Positions 1 through 8,374 of a stretch of 64,000 bases of DNA are shown here, in pieces. This stretch comes from Candidatus Eisenbergiella pullistercoris. Lineage in GTDB: Bacteria > Bacillota > Clostridia > Lachnospirales > Lachnospiraceae. Position 1 is the first letter of the stretch; every line of letters begins with the position of its first letter. The translations under genes were made by a program, and so were the position numbers. The stretch is from assembly GCA_019115665.1 (NCBI GenBank), contig DXDD01000156.1, forward strand, positions 10,877-74,876, in the 5' to 3' direction. The notes beneath the pieces are model-generated. The model was not told the DNA's origin, made no database searches, and worked only from the letters and a program-made list of their open reading frames with translations.

Positions 1-1637
1 CCGCCAGAAGGGATACCATGAACTGCTGTCTGTTCGACGTGGAGCATGTGCTGTCCGGCGGCTTTGAGATGGGGAATATCTGGTACAACGAGCCCAAGAC
101 CCTGGACGTGGCCTTCGACGTGATCGGGGACATCGTCCTGAGCGCGGCCAGTCAGCAGTACGGCGGCTTCACCGTGCCCAGCGTGGATCTGATCCTGGAG
201 CCCTACGCGCAGAAGTCCTATGACAGATATCTGAAAAAATATGCCGATATGGGCGTTCCGGCCCAAAAAGCGGAGGAGGTCGCCTGGGCCGACGTGGTCA
301 AGGAGATGGAGCAGGGCTTCCAGGGCTGGGAATACAAGTTCAATACGGTGGCGAGCAGCCGCGGGGACTATCCCTTCATCACCGTGACCGCGGGAACGGG
401 AACGGGCCGCTTCGCGAAGCTTGCCACCATGAGCATGCTGAACGTGCGCCGTAAGGGACAGGGAAAGGAAGGGCATAAAAAGCCCGTGCTGTTCCCCAAG
501 ATCGTGTTCCTGTACGACGAGAACCTGCACGGCCCCGGAAAGCCGCTGGAGGATGTGTTTGAGGCGGGCGTGCGCTGCTCCGCGAAGACCATGTATCCGG
601 ACTGGCTGAGTCTGACCGGCGAAGGGTATGTGGCCAGCATGTACAAAAAGTACGGCAAGATCATTTCTCCCATGGGCTGCCGCGCCTTCCTGTCTCCCTG
701 GTACGAGAGAGGGGGCATGCATCCGGCGGACGAGAACGATGTGCCCGTGTTCGTGGGCCGCTTCAACATCGGCGCGGTATCCCTGCACCTTCCCATGATC
801 CTGGCGAAGGCGAGAAAGGAGAGCCGGGATTTTTATGAAGTGCTGGATTATTACCTGAACCTGATCCGCCAGCTCCATATCCGTACCTATGCCTACCTGG
901 GCGAGATGCGCGCGTCCACCAATCCGCTGGCCTACTGCGAGGGCGGCTTCCTGGGCGGCCATCTGAAGCTGACGGACAAGATCAAGCCGCTGTTAAAGTC
1001 GGCCACGGCCTCCTTCGGCATCACGGCCTTAAACGAGCTTCAGATGCTCTACAATGGAAAATCCTTGGTGGAGGACGGCCAGTTCGCCCTGGAGGTGATG
1101 GAGTACATCAACAGCCGGATCAATCAGTTCAAGGAAGAGGACGGCCATCTGTACGCCATTTACGGAACGCCTGCGGAAAACCTCTGCGGCCTGCAGGTGA
1201 AGCAGTTCCGCAACAAATACGGCATCATTGAGGGCGTTTCCGACCGGGAGTATGTGAGCAACAGCTTCCACTGCCATGTGACGGAGGACATCACCCCCAT
1301 TGAAAAGCAGGACAAGGAGGGACGCTTCTGGAATCTCTGCAACGGCGGCAAGATCCAGTATGTGAAGTATCCCATCGACTATAATATCGAAGCGGTGAAG
1401 ACCCTGATCCGCAGAGCCATGGACAAGGGATTTTATGAGGGCGTCAACCTGTCTCTGGCCTACTGCGACGACTGCGGCCATCAGGAGCTGGAAATGGATG
1501 TCTGCCCCAAATGCGGCAGCCGGAACCTGACCAAGATCGACCGGATGAACGGCTATCTTTCCTATTCCAGAGTCCACGGAGACACCAGACTGAACGACGC
1601 CAAGATGGCGGAGATCGCGGAAAGGAAATCGATGTAG
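1..1637 (+). CDS. nrdD: Anaerobic ribonucleoside-triphosphate reductase (class III RNR), 5'-truncated by window edge
   Basis: Frame open from window start (ARRDTMNCC); SPMGCRAFL finger loop, YGTPAENLC, CDDC...CPKC zinc site, RMNGYL glycyl-radical motif. Confidence 0.96.
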   Translation, partial: ARRDTMNCCLFDVEHVLSGGFEMGNIWYNEPKTLDVAFDVIGDIVLSAASQQYGGFTVPSVDLILEPYAQKSYDRYLKKYADMGVPAQKAEEVAWADVVKEMEQGFQGWEYKFNTVASSRGDYPFITVTAGTGTGRFAKLATMSMLNVRRKGQGKEGHKKPVLFPKIVFLYDENLHGPGKPLEDVFEAGVRCSAKTMYPDWLSLTGEGYVASMYKKYGKIISPMGCRAFLSPWYERGGMHPADENDVPVFVGRFNIGAVSLHLPMILAKARKESRDFYEVLDYYLNLIRQLHIRTYAYLGEMRASTNPLAYCEGGFLGGHLKLTDKIKPLLKSATASFGITALNELQMLYNGKSLVEDGQFALEVMEYINSRINQFKEEDGHLYAIYGTPAENLCGLQVKQFRNKYGIIEGVSDREYVSNSFHCHVTEDITPIEKQDKEGRFWNLCNGGKIQYVKYPIDYNIEAVKTLIRRAMDKGFYEGVNLSLAYCDDCGHQELEMDVCPKCGSRNLTKIDRMNGYLSYSRVHGDTRLNDAKMAEIAERKSM

Positions 1638-1640
1638 GCC

Positions 1641-2195
1641 ATGCGCTACCATGATATTACGAAAGACGATATGAAAAACGGGGACGGCCTTCGGGTCGTC
1701 CTCTGGGTGGCGGGCTGCGCCCACTGCTGCGAGGGCTGCCAGAACCCGGTCACCTGGGATCCGGAGGGCGGCCTGCTTTTTGACGAAGCCGCGAAGACGG
1801 AAATCTTTGAACAGCTCGACAAACCCTATATCTCCGGCATCACCTTTTCCGGCGGAGATCCGCTCCATCCCGCGAATAAGGGGGATGTGCGCAGGCTGAT
1901 GCGGGAGATCAGACAGAGGTATCCGGAGAAAACCATCTGGCTCTACACCGGAGAGGCGTGGGAGAGGCTGTATCAGGATTCCATCCTGCAGGATATCGAC
2001 GTGCTTGTGGACGGCGAGTTCGTTCTGGAAAAAAGAGACGTGAATCTGATGTGGAAGGGAAGCTCCAATCAGAGAGTGATCGACGTGCAGGCCTCCCTTC
2101 AGAAAGAAAACCCGGAAATCCCCGTCCTCCACTGCCCGGACTACGCGCCGGCGGAGGACGCATGGCAGAAAGGAGTATCCGCATGCGGAGAGTAG
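1641..2195 (+). CDS. nrdG: Anaerobic RNR activating radical-SAM enzyme
   Basis: NGDGLRVVLWVAGCAHCCEGCQN (CxxxCxxC), GITFSGGDPL, WKGSSNQRVID; follows nrdD. Confidence 0.96.
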   Translation: MRYHDITKDDMKNGDGLRVVLWVAGCAHCCEGCQNPVTWDPEGGLLFDEAAKTEIFEQLDKPYISGITFSGGDPLHPANKGDVRRLMREIRQRYPEKTIWLYTGEAWERLYQDSILQDIDVLVDGEFVLEKRDVNLMWKGSSNQRVIDVQASLQKENPEIPVLHCPDYAPAEDAWQKGVSACGE

Positions 2196-2695
2196 CGAAA
2201 TTTGAAAAGGTGAGCGAGGAACGCTTTGTCAGCGATCTGACGGACGCGTTTCCGGAATATACGAAGGAGCAGGCGAAGGAAATCTACCTGTCGCTGCGCC
2301 TTCCTGAGCGGGCCACGAAGGGAAGCGCGGGGTATGATTTTTACATGCCTGTTCCCTGCGGCCTGAAGCCCGGCGAAACGGTGAAGGTTCCCACGGGCGT
2401 GCGGGTGCGGATGGAGGAGGACTGGGTGCTTTCCCTCTATCCCAGAAGCGGTCTCGGCTTCAAATACCGCCTGCAGCTGAACAATACGGTGGGCATCATC
2501 GACAGCGATTACTATTACAGCGACAACGAGGGCCATATCTTCGCCAAGCTCACCAATGATTCCAATGAAGGAAAAGTGCTGTCCCTGAACGCGGGAGACG
2601 GCTTCATGCAGGGGATCTTCCTTCCCTACGGCGTCACGGAGGACGACGACGCGCAGGGAATCCGAAACGGCGGCTTCGGAAGCACCGGAAACTGA
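2183..2695 (+). CDS. dut: Trimeric dUTPase
   Basis: ATG 2183 after AAGGAG, in frame with track ORF 1958-2695; motifs SAGYD, PRSGLG, GIIDSDY, RNGGFGSTG. Confidence 0.93.
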   Translation: MRRVAKFEKVSEERFVSDLTDAFPEYTKEQAKEIYLSLRLPERATKGSAGYDFYMPVPCGLKPGETVKVPTGVRVRMEEDWVLSLYPRSGLGFKYRLQLNNTVGIIDSDYYYSDNEGHIFAKLTNDSNEGKVLSLNAGDGFMQGIFLPYGVTEDDDAQGIRNGGFGSTGN

Positions 2696-2714
2696 AAACC
2701 TGTGAACAGATCTG

Positions 2715-2764
2715 GCTCCCTTTTGCGCAGACGCCGTCGGCGGTCTCGCAGAGGGGGCTTTTTT
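2715..2764 (+). terminator. Rho-independent terminator after dut
   Basis: GCTCCCTTTTGCG...CGCAGAGGGGGC stem followed by T-run. Confidence 0.7.
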
Positions 2765-2812
2765 GCGCGATAAGCCCGGAGAGCGGCTGACAGCCTGACA
2801 GGAACGGCCGTT

Positions 2813-2947
2813 GTAACAGTTCAGCCAGGTCTGCGCATTTACTGCGCAGACCGTACGAAAACGTATCGGCAGAAAGCATCCGGCCCATCGCGAAGCGATT
2901 GGAATGCCCGGATGCCATAACAGTTCTGCCGAAGGCTGAACTGTTAC
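2813..2947 (+). mobile_element. 135-bp MITE/REP-like element, copy 1
   Basis: Terminal inverted repeats GTAACAGTTCAGCC / GGCTGAACTGTTAC; flanked by direct repeat CGGCCGTT (2805-2812 and 2948-2955); homologous to 11642-11776. Confidence 0.8.
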
Positions 2948-2988
2948 CGGCCGTTTGCCAGGATGTCAGAAAAAGCTGTGCCGGAGTA

Positions 2989-3017
2989 TTGAATTTTTCT
3001 GCCTGCGCGTGTAGAAT
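2989..3017 (+). promoter_or_regulatory. Sigma-A-like promoter for degV operon
   Basis: TTGAAT-17bp-TAGAAT. Confidence 0.55.
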
Positions 3018-3061
3018 ATAGGGCGGATTTGTGGAAAAAGGAAAAACGATGGAGGAAACGA

Positions 3062-3931
3062 ATGGAAGATTTTAAGATCATAACGGATACGACCGCGGAT
3101 CTTCCCGAAAGCTATATCCGGGACAACGGGATCGGCGTCATGGTGCTTCCTTATATTGTGGACGGCGTCTCCTACGGGGGAGAGCGGAAGATGGAGGTAA
3201 AGGAATTCTACGACCGGATGCGGGGCGGCATGATGCCGACCACCTCTCAGGTAAATCCCGAGACGGCGAAGGAATATCTGAGCGGCTTCCTTCAGGAGTG
3301 CAGACAGCTTCTGGTGCTTTCCTTTTCTTCGGGATTAAGCGGCACCTGCGGCAACGTGAGCCTTGCCGCGAGGGAGATCATGGAGGAGCGGCCGGACTGC
3401 AGGATCATCGTGGCGGACACCCTGTGCGCCTCTCTGGGAGAGGGGCTTCTGGTACATAAGGCGGTGCAGCTGAAGAAAGCGGGAAAGAGCCTGGAGGAGA
3501 CGGCGCAGTGGGTGGAGGCGCATAAGGAAAACCTGGTGCACGTCTTCACGGTGGACGACCTGTTTCATCTGCACAGAGGCGGGCGCGTGAGCAAAGCCAC
3601 GGCCATCGTGGGAACGCTCGCGGGGATCAAGCCTCTGCTCCACGTGGATGAGGAAGGGCATCTGACCGCGGTGGGAAAGGTGCGCGGAAGGAAGAAATCC
3701 CTCCAGTCCCTGGTGGACATGATGGAAAAGCAGATGGGAAGCTTCCGGGATCAGAACGACTGCGTGTTCATCAGCCACGGCGACTGCACGGAGGACGCGG
3801 AATACGTCAGGCAGCTGGTGCAGGAGCGCTTCGGCATCACGGATTTTCTGATCAACGAGATCGGACCGACCATAGGGACCCATTCCGGGCCGGGAACCGT
3901 GGCGCTGTTCTTTCTGGGGGAGACTAGATGA
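3062..3931 (+). CDS. DegV family fatty-acid-binding protein (FakB-like)
   Basis: ATG 3062 after GGAGG; IITDTTADL, PTTSQVNP, SSGLSGT, LHRGGRVS, IGTHSGPGT. Confidence 0.93.
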   Translation: MEDFKIITDTTADLPESYIRDNGIGVMVLPYIVDGVSYGGERKMEVKEFYDRMRGGMMPTTSQVNPETAKEYLSGFLQECRQLLVLSFSSGLSGTCGNVSLAAREIMEERPDCRIIVADTLCASLGEGLLVHKAVQLKKAGKSLEETAQWVEAHKENLVHVFTVDDLFHLHRGGRVSKATAIVGTLAGIKPLLHVDEEGHLTAVGKVRGRKKSLQSLVDMMEKQMGSFRDQNDCVFISHGDCTEDAEYVRQLVQERFGITDFLINEIGPTIGTHSGPGTVALFFLGETR

Positions 3932-4704
3932 TGCTGGAAATGTTTCTTGTCTGCCTGACGGCTGGGCTTGCCGCCGGGATCGGCACGGGCTTTGCGGGAC
4001 TGTCCGCCGCCACGGTGATCGCTCCCATGCTGATCGCCTTTCTGGGCTATCCCTGGTATGAATCCGTGGGGATCGGTCTGGCGTCCGACGTGCTCGCGTC
4101 GGCGCTGGCGGCCTGGATCTACAAAAAGCACGGCAACATCGATCTGAAAAACGGAAGCTTCATGCTGGCGAGCGTCCTTGCCATGACCGTGGCGGGAAGC
4201 TATTTTTCCCAGTACATGCCGGATCTGGAGATGGGATATTTCTCCATCTTCGCAAGCTTTCTCATGGGACTGCGCTTCATCCTGAAGCCGGTTACCGGAA
4301 GAACCTCCTTTTTTACCAAAAGCACGGGAAAGCGCAAGACCGTGATCGCCGTGATCTGCGGCATCTGCATCGGCTTCTACTGCGGATTCATGGGACTGGG
4401 CGGAGGTATGATGATGCTGTTCATCCTCACCTTTGTCCTGGGCTATGACCTGAAAACCGCCGTGGGAACCAGCGTATTCGTTATGACCTTCACGGCCCTG
4501 ACCGGAGCGGCCTCCCATTTCTATTTCGGGGATATTACGGGGATGACGCCGGCACTGTTTCTGTGCACCCTGTTTACCCTTCTTGGCTCCGTCGCAACCT
4601 CCGCTCTGTCCAACCGGATGAAGCCGGAGAACACAAACCGTGCCACCGGCGTGGTGCTGGTGATCCTTGGAATCGCAATGATCTTTGAAAAGATCGGCGC
4701 ATGA
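3928..4704 (+). CDS. TauE/SafE family sulfite exporter-like membrane protein
   Basis: About 8 hydrophobic segments, duplicated Gly-rich helices (GFAGLSAA, GFMGLGGG), KTAVGTS motif. Confidence 0.85.
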   Translation: MMLEMFLVCLTAGLAAGIGTGFAGLSAATVIAPMLIAFLGYPWYESVGIGLASDVLASALAAWIYKKHGNIDLKNGSFMLASVLAMTVAGSYFSQYMPDLEMGYFSIFASFLMGLRFILKPVTGRTSFFTKSTGKRKTVIAVICGICIGFYCGFMGLGGGMMMLFILTFVLGYDLKTAVGTSVFVMTFTALTGAASHFYFGDITGMTPALFLCTLFTLLGSVATSALSNRMKPENTNRATGVVLVILGIAMIFEKIGA

Positions 4705-4755
4705 CAAAAAATGCTGTGAGCTTACCGGCAGAGGCCGGAAAGGAGATATCTCACC

Positions 4756-6513
4756 ATGAAAAAGAAAAAGAAACTGATCATTGGACTTGCCATACTGGTC
4801 GTGCTGATCGCTGTGGTGATCGGCGTTTTTCTCTACGCGAAAAGCTTTCTTTCCGCGGAAACCGCCATCCGCGACGACTGGTCCATTGAGACGGGCGACC
4901 TGCTCACATCGGACGCGTCCCTTGACGTGTCGGTCTTCGAGGCGGATGTGGAGGCATCGATCCCGGTTTCCAGAGTGCTTCCCGATGAAAATGAGGAAGA
5001 GGGCTTTACCTATTACGACGAGGATGTGCAGAGAAGGCTTGCCGCCGCGATCGTGAAGATGGCGAAGGAAGGGGACTTTACCATGGAGGCTCCGCTTGCC
5101 ATCCTCAATCCCTTCGGCACCGGAAGCAACGGCCTGTATCTGCATTTTGACACCCGCAAGGCAGGAACCGTCCGCTATACCATCCATGTGGAGAACGCGG
5201 ACATTCCCGACTATACGCAGACAGCCTATGAGGGAGGCGGCACCCGCACCCGTCACGAATTCCAGATGATCGGCCTGGTCGCGGGCGAGGAAAATACGGT
5301 GACGATGGAGCTTCTTGGAAAAAGAGGAAAGGTGATCAGCACATCCACCTTTACCATCCATATGCCGGAGACCATGTCCGGTTATGATATCATCCTTGAC
5401 AGCGAGGACGGAGAAAGCCAGGCGGAGCTTTCCGACGGACTCTACGCCATGATCCGGGTCGGAGGCCATACGGGCTATGCCTTTTTCTATGACAACGACG
5501 GCGTCATGCGCTATGAAATGGTGCTGGAGGGCTACGGACTGGACCGCATCCTCTGGTATGAAGGAAACATGACGGTCTGCGCCTCCGCCTACAAGATCGC
5601 CCAGGTCAACCGGCTGGGACAGGCGGTCGCGGTCTATGATACCGGAGACTGGGAGCTGCATCATGATATGGTGCTGGAAGGAGACGAAGGAAGGATCGTC
5701 GCCCTGGCGAGCGATGCCACGGACGAGCTGAACCTGGAGGACATGACCATCGAGGTGGATCTGGAAACCGGAGAGGTGAAGGAGATCCTGGATTTTAAGG
5801 ACATTTTTTCCGATTATTACGAAAACGACGCCTCCGAGCTGACCGCTACGGACGAGTTTTTCTGGCTGGCCGGACAGAAGGACTGGATCCATCTGAACAC
5901 CATCCAGTATCTGCCAAAGGACGACAGCGTGATCGTGAGCTCCCGGGAGACCTCCACGATCATCAAGATAAAGGACATCCACACGGATCCGCAGATCGAT
6001 TATCTGATCGGCGATGAGGACTACTGGAAGGGAACGCCGTATGAGGAATATTCCTATGCCCAGGTGGGAGATTTCACGCCCCAGTACGGCCAGCATACGG
6101 TGGAATACTACGAAGGAGAGGGACTGAAAGAGGATCAGTACTACCTGATGATGTTCGACAACAATTACTGGGTCAACGGAACCAGGGACGATTATGAGAT
6201 CGAAGACCTGCCGGAGGAGGTGGGAACCGTCCTTGCCAGCGACTCCCTCAAATCCCACGTGTACGTCTATCTGGTGGACGAAGGGGAAAAGACATTCAGC
6301 CTGGTGCATGCCTTTGACGTGCCCTACTCCAGCATCGTGTCCAACGTGACGCCCTGCGGGGACAACCTGGTGGTCAACAGCGGGACCGCCAACGTGTTCG
6401 GCGAATACGATGTAAACGGCGGCCTGATCCGCCAGTTCTCCTATACCTGCGAGCTGCAGACCTACCGCGTGATGAAGGACGATTTTGCCGGCTTCTGGTT
6501 TATCGCGCAGTAA
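4756..6513 (+). CDS. Membrane-anchored aryl-sulfate sulfotransferase (ASST family)
   Basis: N-terminal poly-Lys plus TM anchor; LNPFGT, LHHD, DWIHLN, SSRETS, GQHT motifs typical of arylsulfotransferases. Confidence 0.82.
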   Translation: MKKKKKLIIGLAILVVLIAVVIGVFLYAKSFLSAETAIRDDWSIETGDLLTSDASLDVSVFEADVEASIPVSRVLPDENEEEGFTYYDEDVQRRLAAAIVKMAKEGDFTMEAPLAILNPFGTGSNGLYLHFDTRKAGTVRYTIHVENADIPDYTQTAYEGGGTRTRHEFQMIGLVAGEENTVTMELLGKRGKVISTSTFTIHMPETMSGYDIILDSEDGESQAELSDGLYAMIRVGGHTGYAFFYDNDGVMRYEMVLEGYGLDRILWYEGNMTVCASAYKIAQVNRLGQAVAVYDTGDWELHHDMVLEGDEGRIVALASDATDELNLEDMTIEVDLETGEVKEILDFKDIFSDYYENDASELTATDEFFWLAGQKDWIHLNTIQYLPKDDSVIVSSRETSTIIKIKDIHTDPQIDYLIGDEDYWKGTPYEEYSYAQVGDFTPQYGQHTVEYYEGEGLKEDQYYLMMFDNNYWVNGTRDDYEIEDLPEEVGTVLASDSLKSHVYVYLVDEGEKTFSLVHAFDVPYSSIVSNVTPCGDNLVVNSGTANVFGEYDVNGGLIRQFSYTCELQTYRVMKDDFAGFWFIAQ

Positions 6514-6542
6514 GAACGGAAGGAACCCGCGCAGAACTCTCA

Positions 6543-6550
6543 CATACTAT
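6543..6550 (+). promoter_or_regulatory. Mother-cell sporulation sigma (SigE/SigK-type) -10 box for cotJ operon
   Basis: CATACTAT about 40 bp upstream of cotJA; cotJ is SigE-dependent in Bacillus. Confidence 0.45.
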
Positions 6551-6587
6551 ACTATTAAAAGAAACCGAAAATGATGAGAGGAGATTT

Positions 6588-6761
6588 ATGCAGGAAATAA
6601 AATCTCAAAGAGAGTTCTGCGAGCAGTTCCCCCTTGCCATGGCCTATGTCCCCTGGCAGCGGATGACCGGCATTTTCGAGAATCTGGAGGAAGCCTTCTG
6701 CTGCGGCACCATTTTCCCTGAACTGAACAAACCCTTTACCGGAAGGAGATGTGTGAAATGA
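6588..6761 (+). CDS. cotJA: Spore coat associated protein CotJA (57 aa, absent from ORF track)
   Basis: Manual translation MQEIKSQREFCEQFPLAMAYVPWQ...GTIFPELNKPF...; AGGAG RBS; ATGA overlap with cotJB. Confidence 0.9.
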   Translation: MQEIKSQREFCEQFPLAMAYVPWQRMTGIFENLEEAFCCGTIFPELNKPFTGRRCVK

Positions 6762-7033
6762 ACACAAAGAACTGCCTTTCGGATCAGGAGCGCAGCCTCC
6801 GAAACATCAGCATCGTCAGCTTTGTTGTCGTGGAACTGACGGAATATCTGGACACCCATCCCGACGACAGGGATGCCCTGAGCTATTTTGATTATTACAA
6901 CCGCATGCTCAACCAGATGGCCGCCGAATACGCGGTCCAGTATGAACCGTTAAACATCGCGACCGCCGGTTCGTGCGGCAGGGAGTGGAAATGGGGCATG
7001 GCGCCTCTTCCCTGGGAAAGGAGTTGCTGCTGA
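6758..7033 (+). CDS. cotJB: Spore coat protein CotJB
   Basis: ELTEYLDTHPDD, YEPL, WKWGMAPLPWE motifs. Confidence 0.9.
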   Translation: MNTKNCLSDQERSLRNISIVSFVVVELTEYLDTHPDDRDALSYFDYYNRMLNQMAAEYAVQYEPLNIATAGSCGREWKWGMAPLPWERSCC

Positions 7034-7638
7034 TGTGGAATTATGAAAAAAGACTGCAGTTTCCCATTCATATCAAAGAGCCCAACGCAAAGCTGGCTCA
7101 GTTCATCATCTCGCAGTACGGCGGCCCCGACGGAGAGCTGGGCGCTTCCATGCGGTATCTGTCTCAGCGGTATACCATGCCCTACCGGGAGGTGGCCGGA
7201 CTTCTGACGGATATCGGGACGGAGGAGCTCGCCCACTTTGAAATGATCGGCGCCATCGTCTATCAGCTGACCAAGGATCTTTCCATGGAGGAGATCGAAG
7301 CCTCCGGCTTCGGCCCCTATTACATCGACCATACGACGGCGCTCTGGCCGCAGGCCGCCGGAGGGATCCCCTTCAACGCCTGTGAGTTTCAGTCCAAGGG
7401 AGATATCATCACGGATCTGACGGAGGATATGGCGGCGGAACAGAAAGCCAGGACCACCTACGACAACATCCTGCGGACCGTGAAGGATTCCGACGTGGCG
7501 GAGCCCATCCGCTTCCTGCGGGCGCGGGAGATCGTCCATTTTCAGCGGTTCGGCGAAGCCCTCCGTCTGGTACAGGAGCGTCTGGATTCCAAAAACTTCT
7601 ATGCCTTTAATCCGGAATTTGATCAATGCAAAGACTGA
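7033..7638 (+). CDS. cotJC: Manganese catalase family spore coat protein CotJC
   Basis: Start MWNYEKRLQFP; QYGGPDGELGA, IGTEELAH, REIVHFQRFGE. Confidence 0.93.
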   Translation: MWNYEKRLQFPIHIKEPNAKLAQFIISQYGGPDGELGASMRYLSQRYTMPYREVAGLLTDIGTEELAHFEMIGAIVYQLTKDLSMEEIEASGFGPYYIDHTTALWPQAAGGIPFNACEFQSKGDIITDLTEDMAAEQKARTTYDNILRTVKDSDVAEPIRFLRAREIVHFQRFGEALRLVQERLDSKNFYAFNPEFDQCKD

Positions 7639-7733
7639 GGCTGCCGGAAACCGTTTCAGCAGGGGCTGTCATCCGGCAGCCCTGCTTATTTTCAGCGGTG
7701 GGAGCCGGCGCTGTGAGGCAGCGCTCCGGACGT

Positions 7734-7982
7734 TTATTTCTGATAAAAGGCGATCCTGCCGTTGAGCCACTCGAGGATGGCGGGCATGGAATCCGGGCTG
7801 TCCGGAAACTCCTGAAAGCATTTCTCCTCCTCAGGGGTTTTGACGAAGCAGAAGCGGTCCGGATAGGTACAGGCCCGGATACAGTCCTTCCCCATGGAAA
7901 TATGATAGCGCATCCCCTGAAAGCTGCCCGTCAGGGGCTCTTTTTTTATGAAAGGATAGGAAAGCTCTTCTTTTCTGATCAT
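7734..7982 (-). CDS. Small hypothetical protein (82 aa)
   Basis: ATG at 7982 after GGGAGA RBS; MIRKEELSYPFIKKEPLTGSFQGMRY...; fills the gap between cotJC and the feoA promoter. Confidence 0.65.
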   Translation of the reverse strand: MIRKEELSYPFIKKEPLTGSFQGMRYHISMGKDCIRACTYPDRFCFVKTPEEEKCFQEFPDSPDSMPAILEWLNGRIAFYQK

Positions 7983-8066
7983 GGATTCTCCCTTCCGGCG
8001 GCACTTTCTCTGGACCGCCGTTCTCATTATACTACAGTCCGCCCGGAAAGCAAAAGATTCCCGCGA

Positions 8067-8095
8067 TTGACAACGGACAGGGCGGAGCATATAAT
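8067..8095 (+). promoter_or_regulatory. Consensus sigma-A promoter of feoAB
   Basis: TTGACA-17bp-TATAAT. Confidence 0.85.
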
Positions 8096-8104
8096 TTTTC
8101 GTGG

Positions 8105-8119
8105 TGAGAATCATTATCA
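8105..8119. promoter_or_regulatory. Fur box
   Basis: TGAGAATCATTATCA, one mismatch to the 7-1-7 Fur consensus TGATAATnATTATCA, just downstream of the feoA -10. Confidence 0.85.
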
Positions 8120-8143
8120 ATAACCCATGAGAAAGGCAGAAGC

Positions 8144-8374
8144 ATGACACTTTACGAAGGAAAAACCGGACGGAAGTACCGGGTGGAAAGCATGGAGACC
8201 GGGGAAGAGGTTACGAGACGCCTGCAGGCTCTTGGCCTGATCGAAGGGACGCCTCTGACCCTTCTGAACCGTAAGAAAAGGGGCGCGCTGATCCTGTATG
8301 TGCGGGGGACAAGGCTTGCGCTTGGGAAGGATATCTCCTCCCATATTCTGGTAAAGGAGGAGCTGGCGGAATGA
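8144..8374 (+). CDS. feoA: Ferrous iron transport protein A
   Basis: RRLQALGLIEGT, VRGTRLALG SH3-like FeoA motifs. Confidence 0.92.
   Translation: MTLYEGKTGRKYRVESMETGEEVTRRLQALGLIEGTPLTLLNRKKRGALILYVRGTRLALGKDISSHILVKEELAE

Noticed and set aside
1958-2182. N-terminal extension of dUTPase in the ORF track (likewise the extended starts of leuB, aroC, aroF, EF-G, cotJC, DUF1292)
   Set aside because: Extensions overlap neighbouring genes or promoters and lack an RBS; downstream starts with good RBS match family N-termini
3751-6543. 930-aa minus-strand ORF and other long antisense ORFs (8455-10554, 30254-32914, 38198-39892, 59561-61906)
   Set aside because: Shadows of well-supported plus-strand genes caused by GC-rich codon bias; no recognisable motifs
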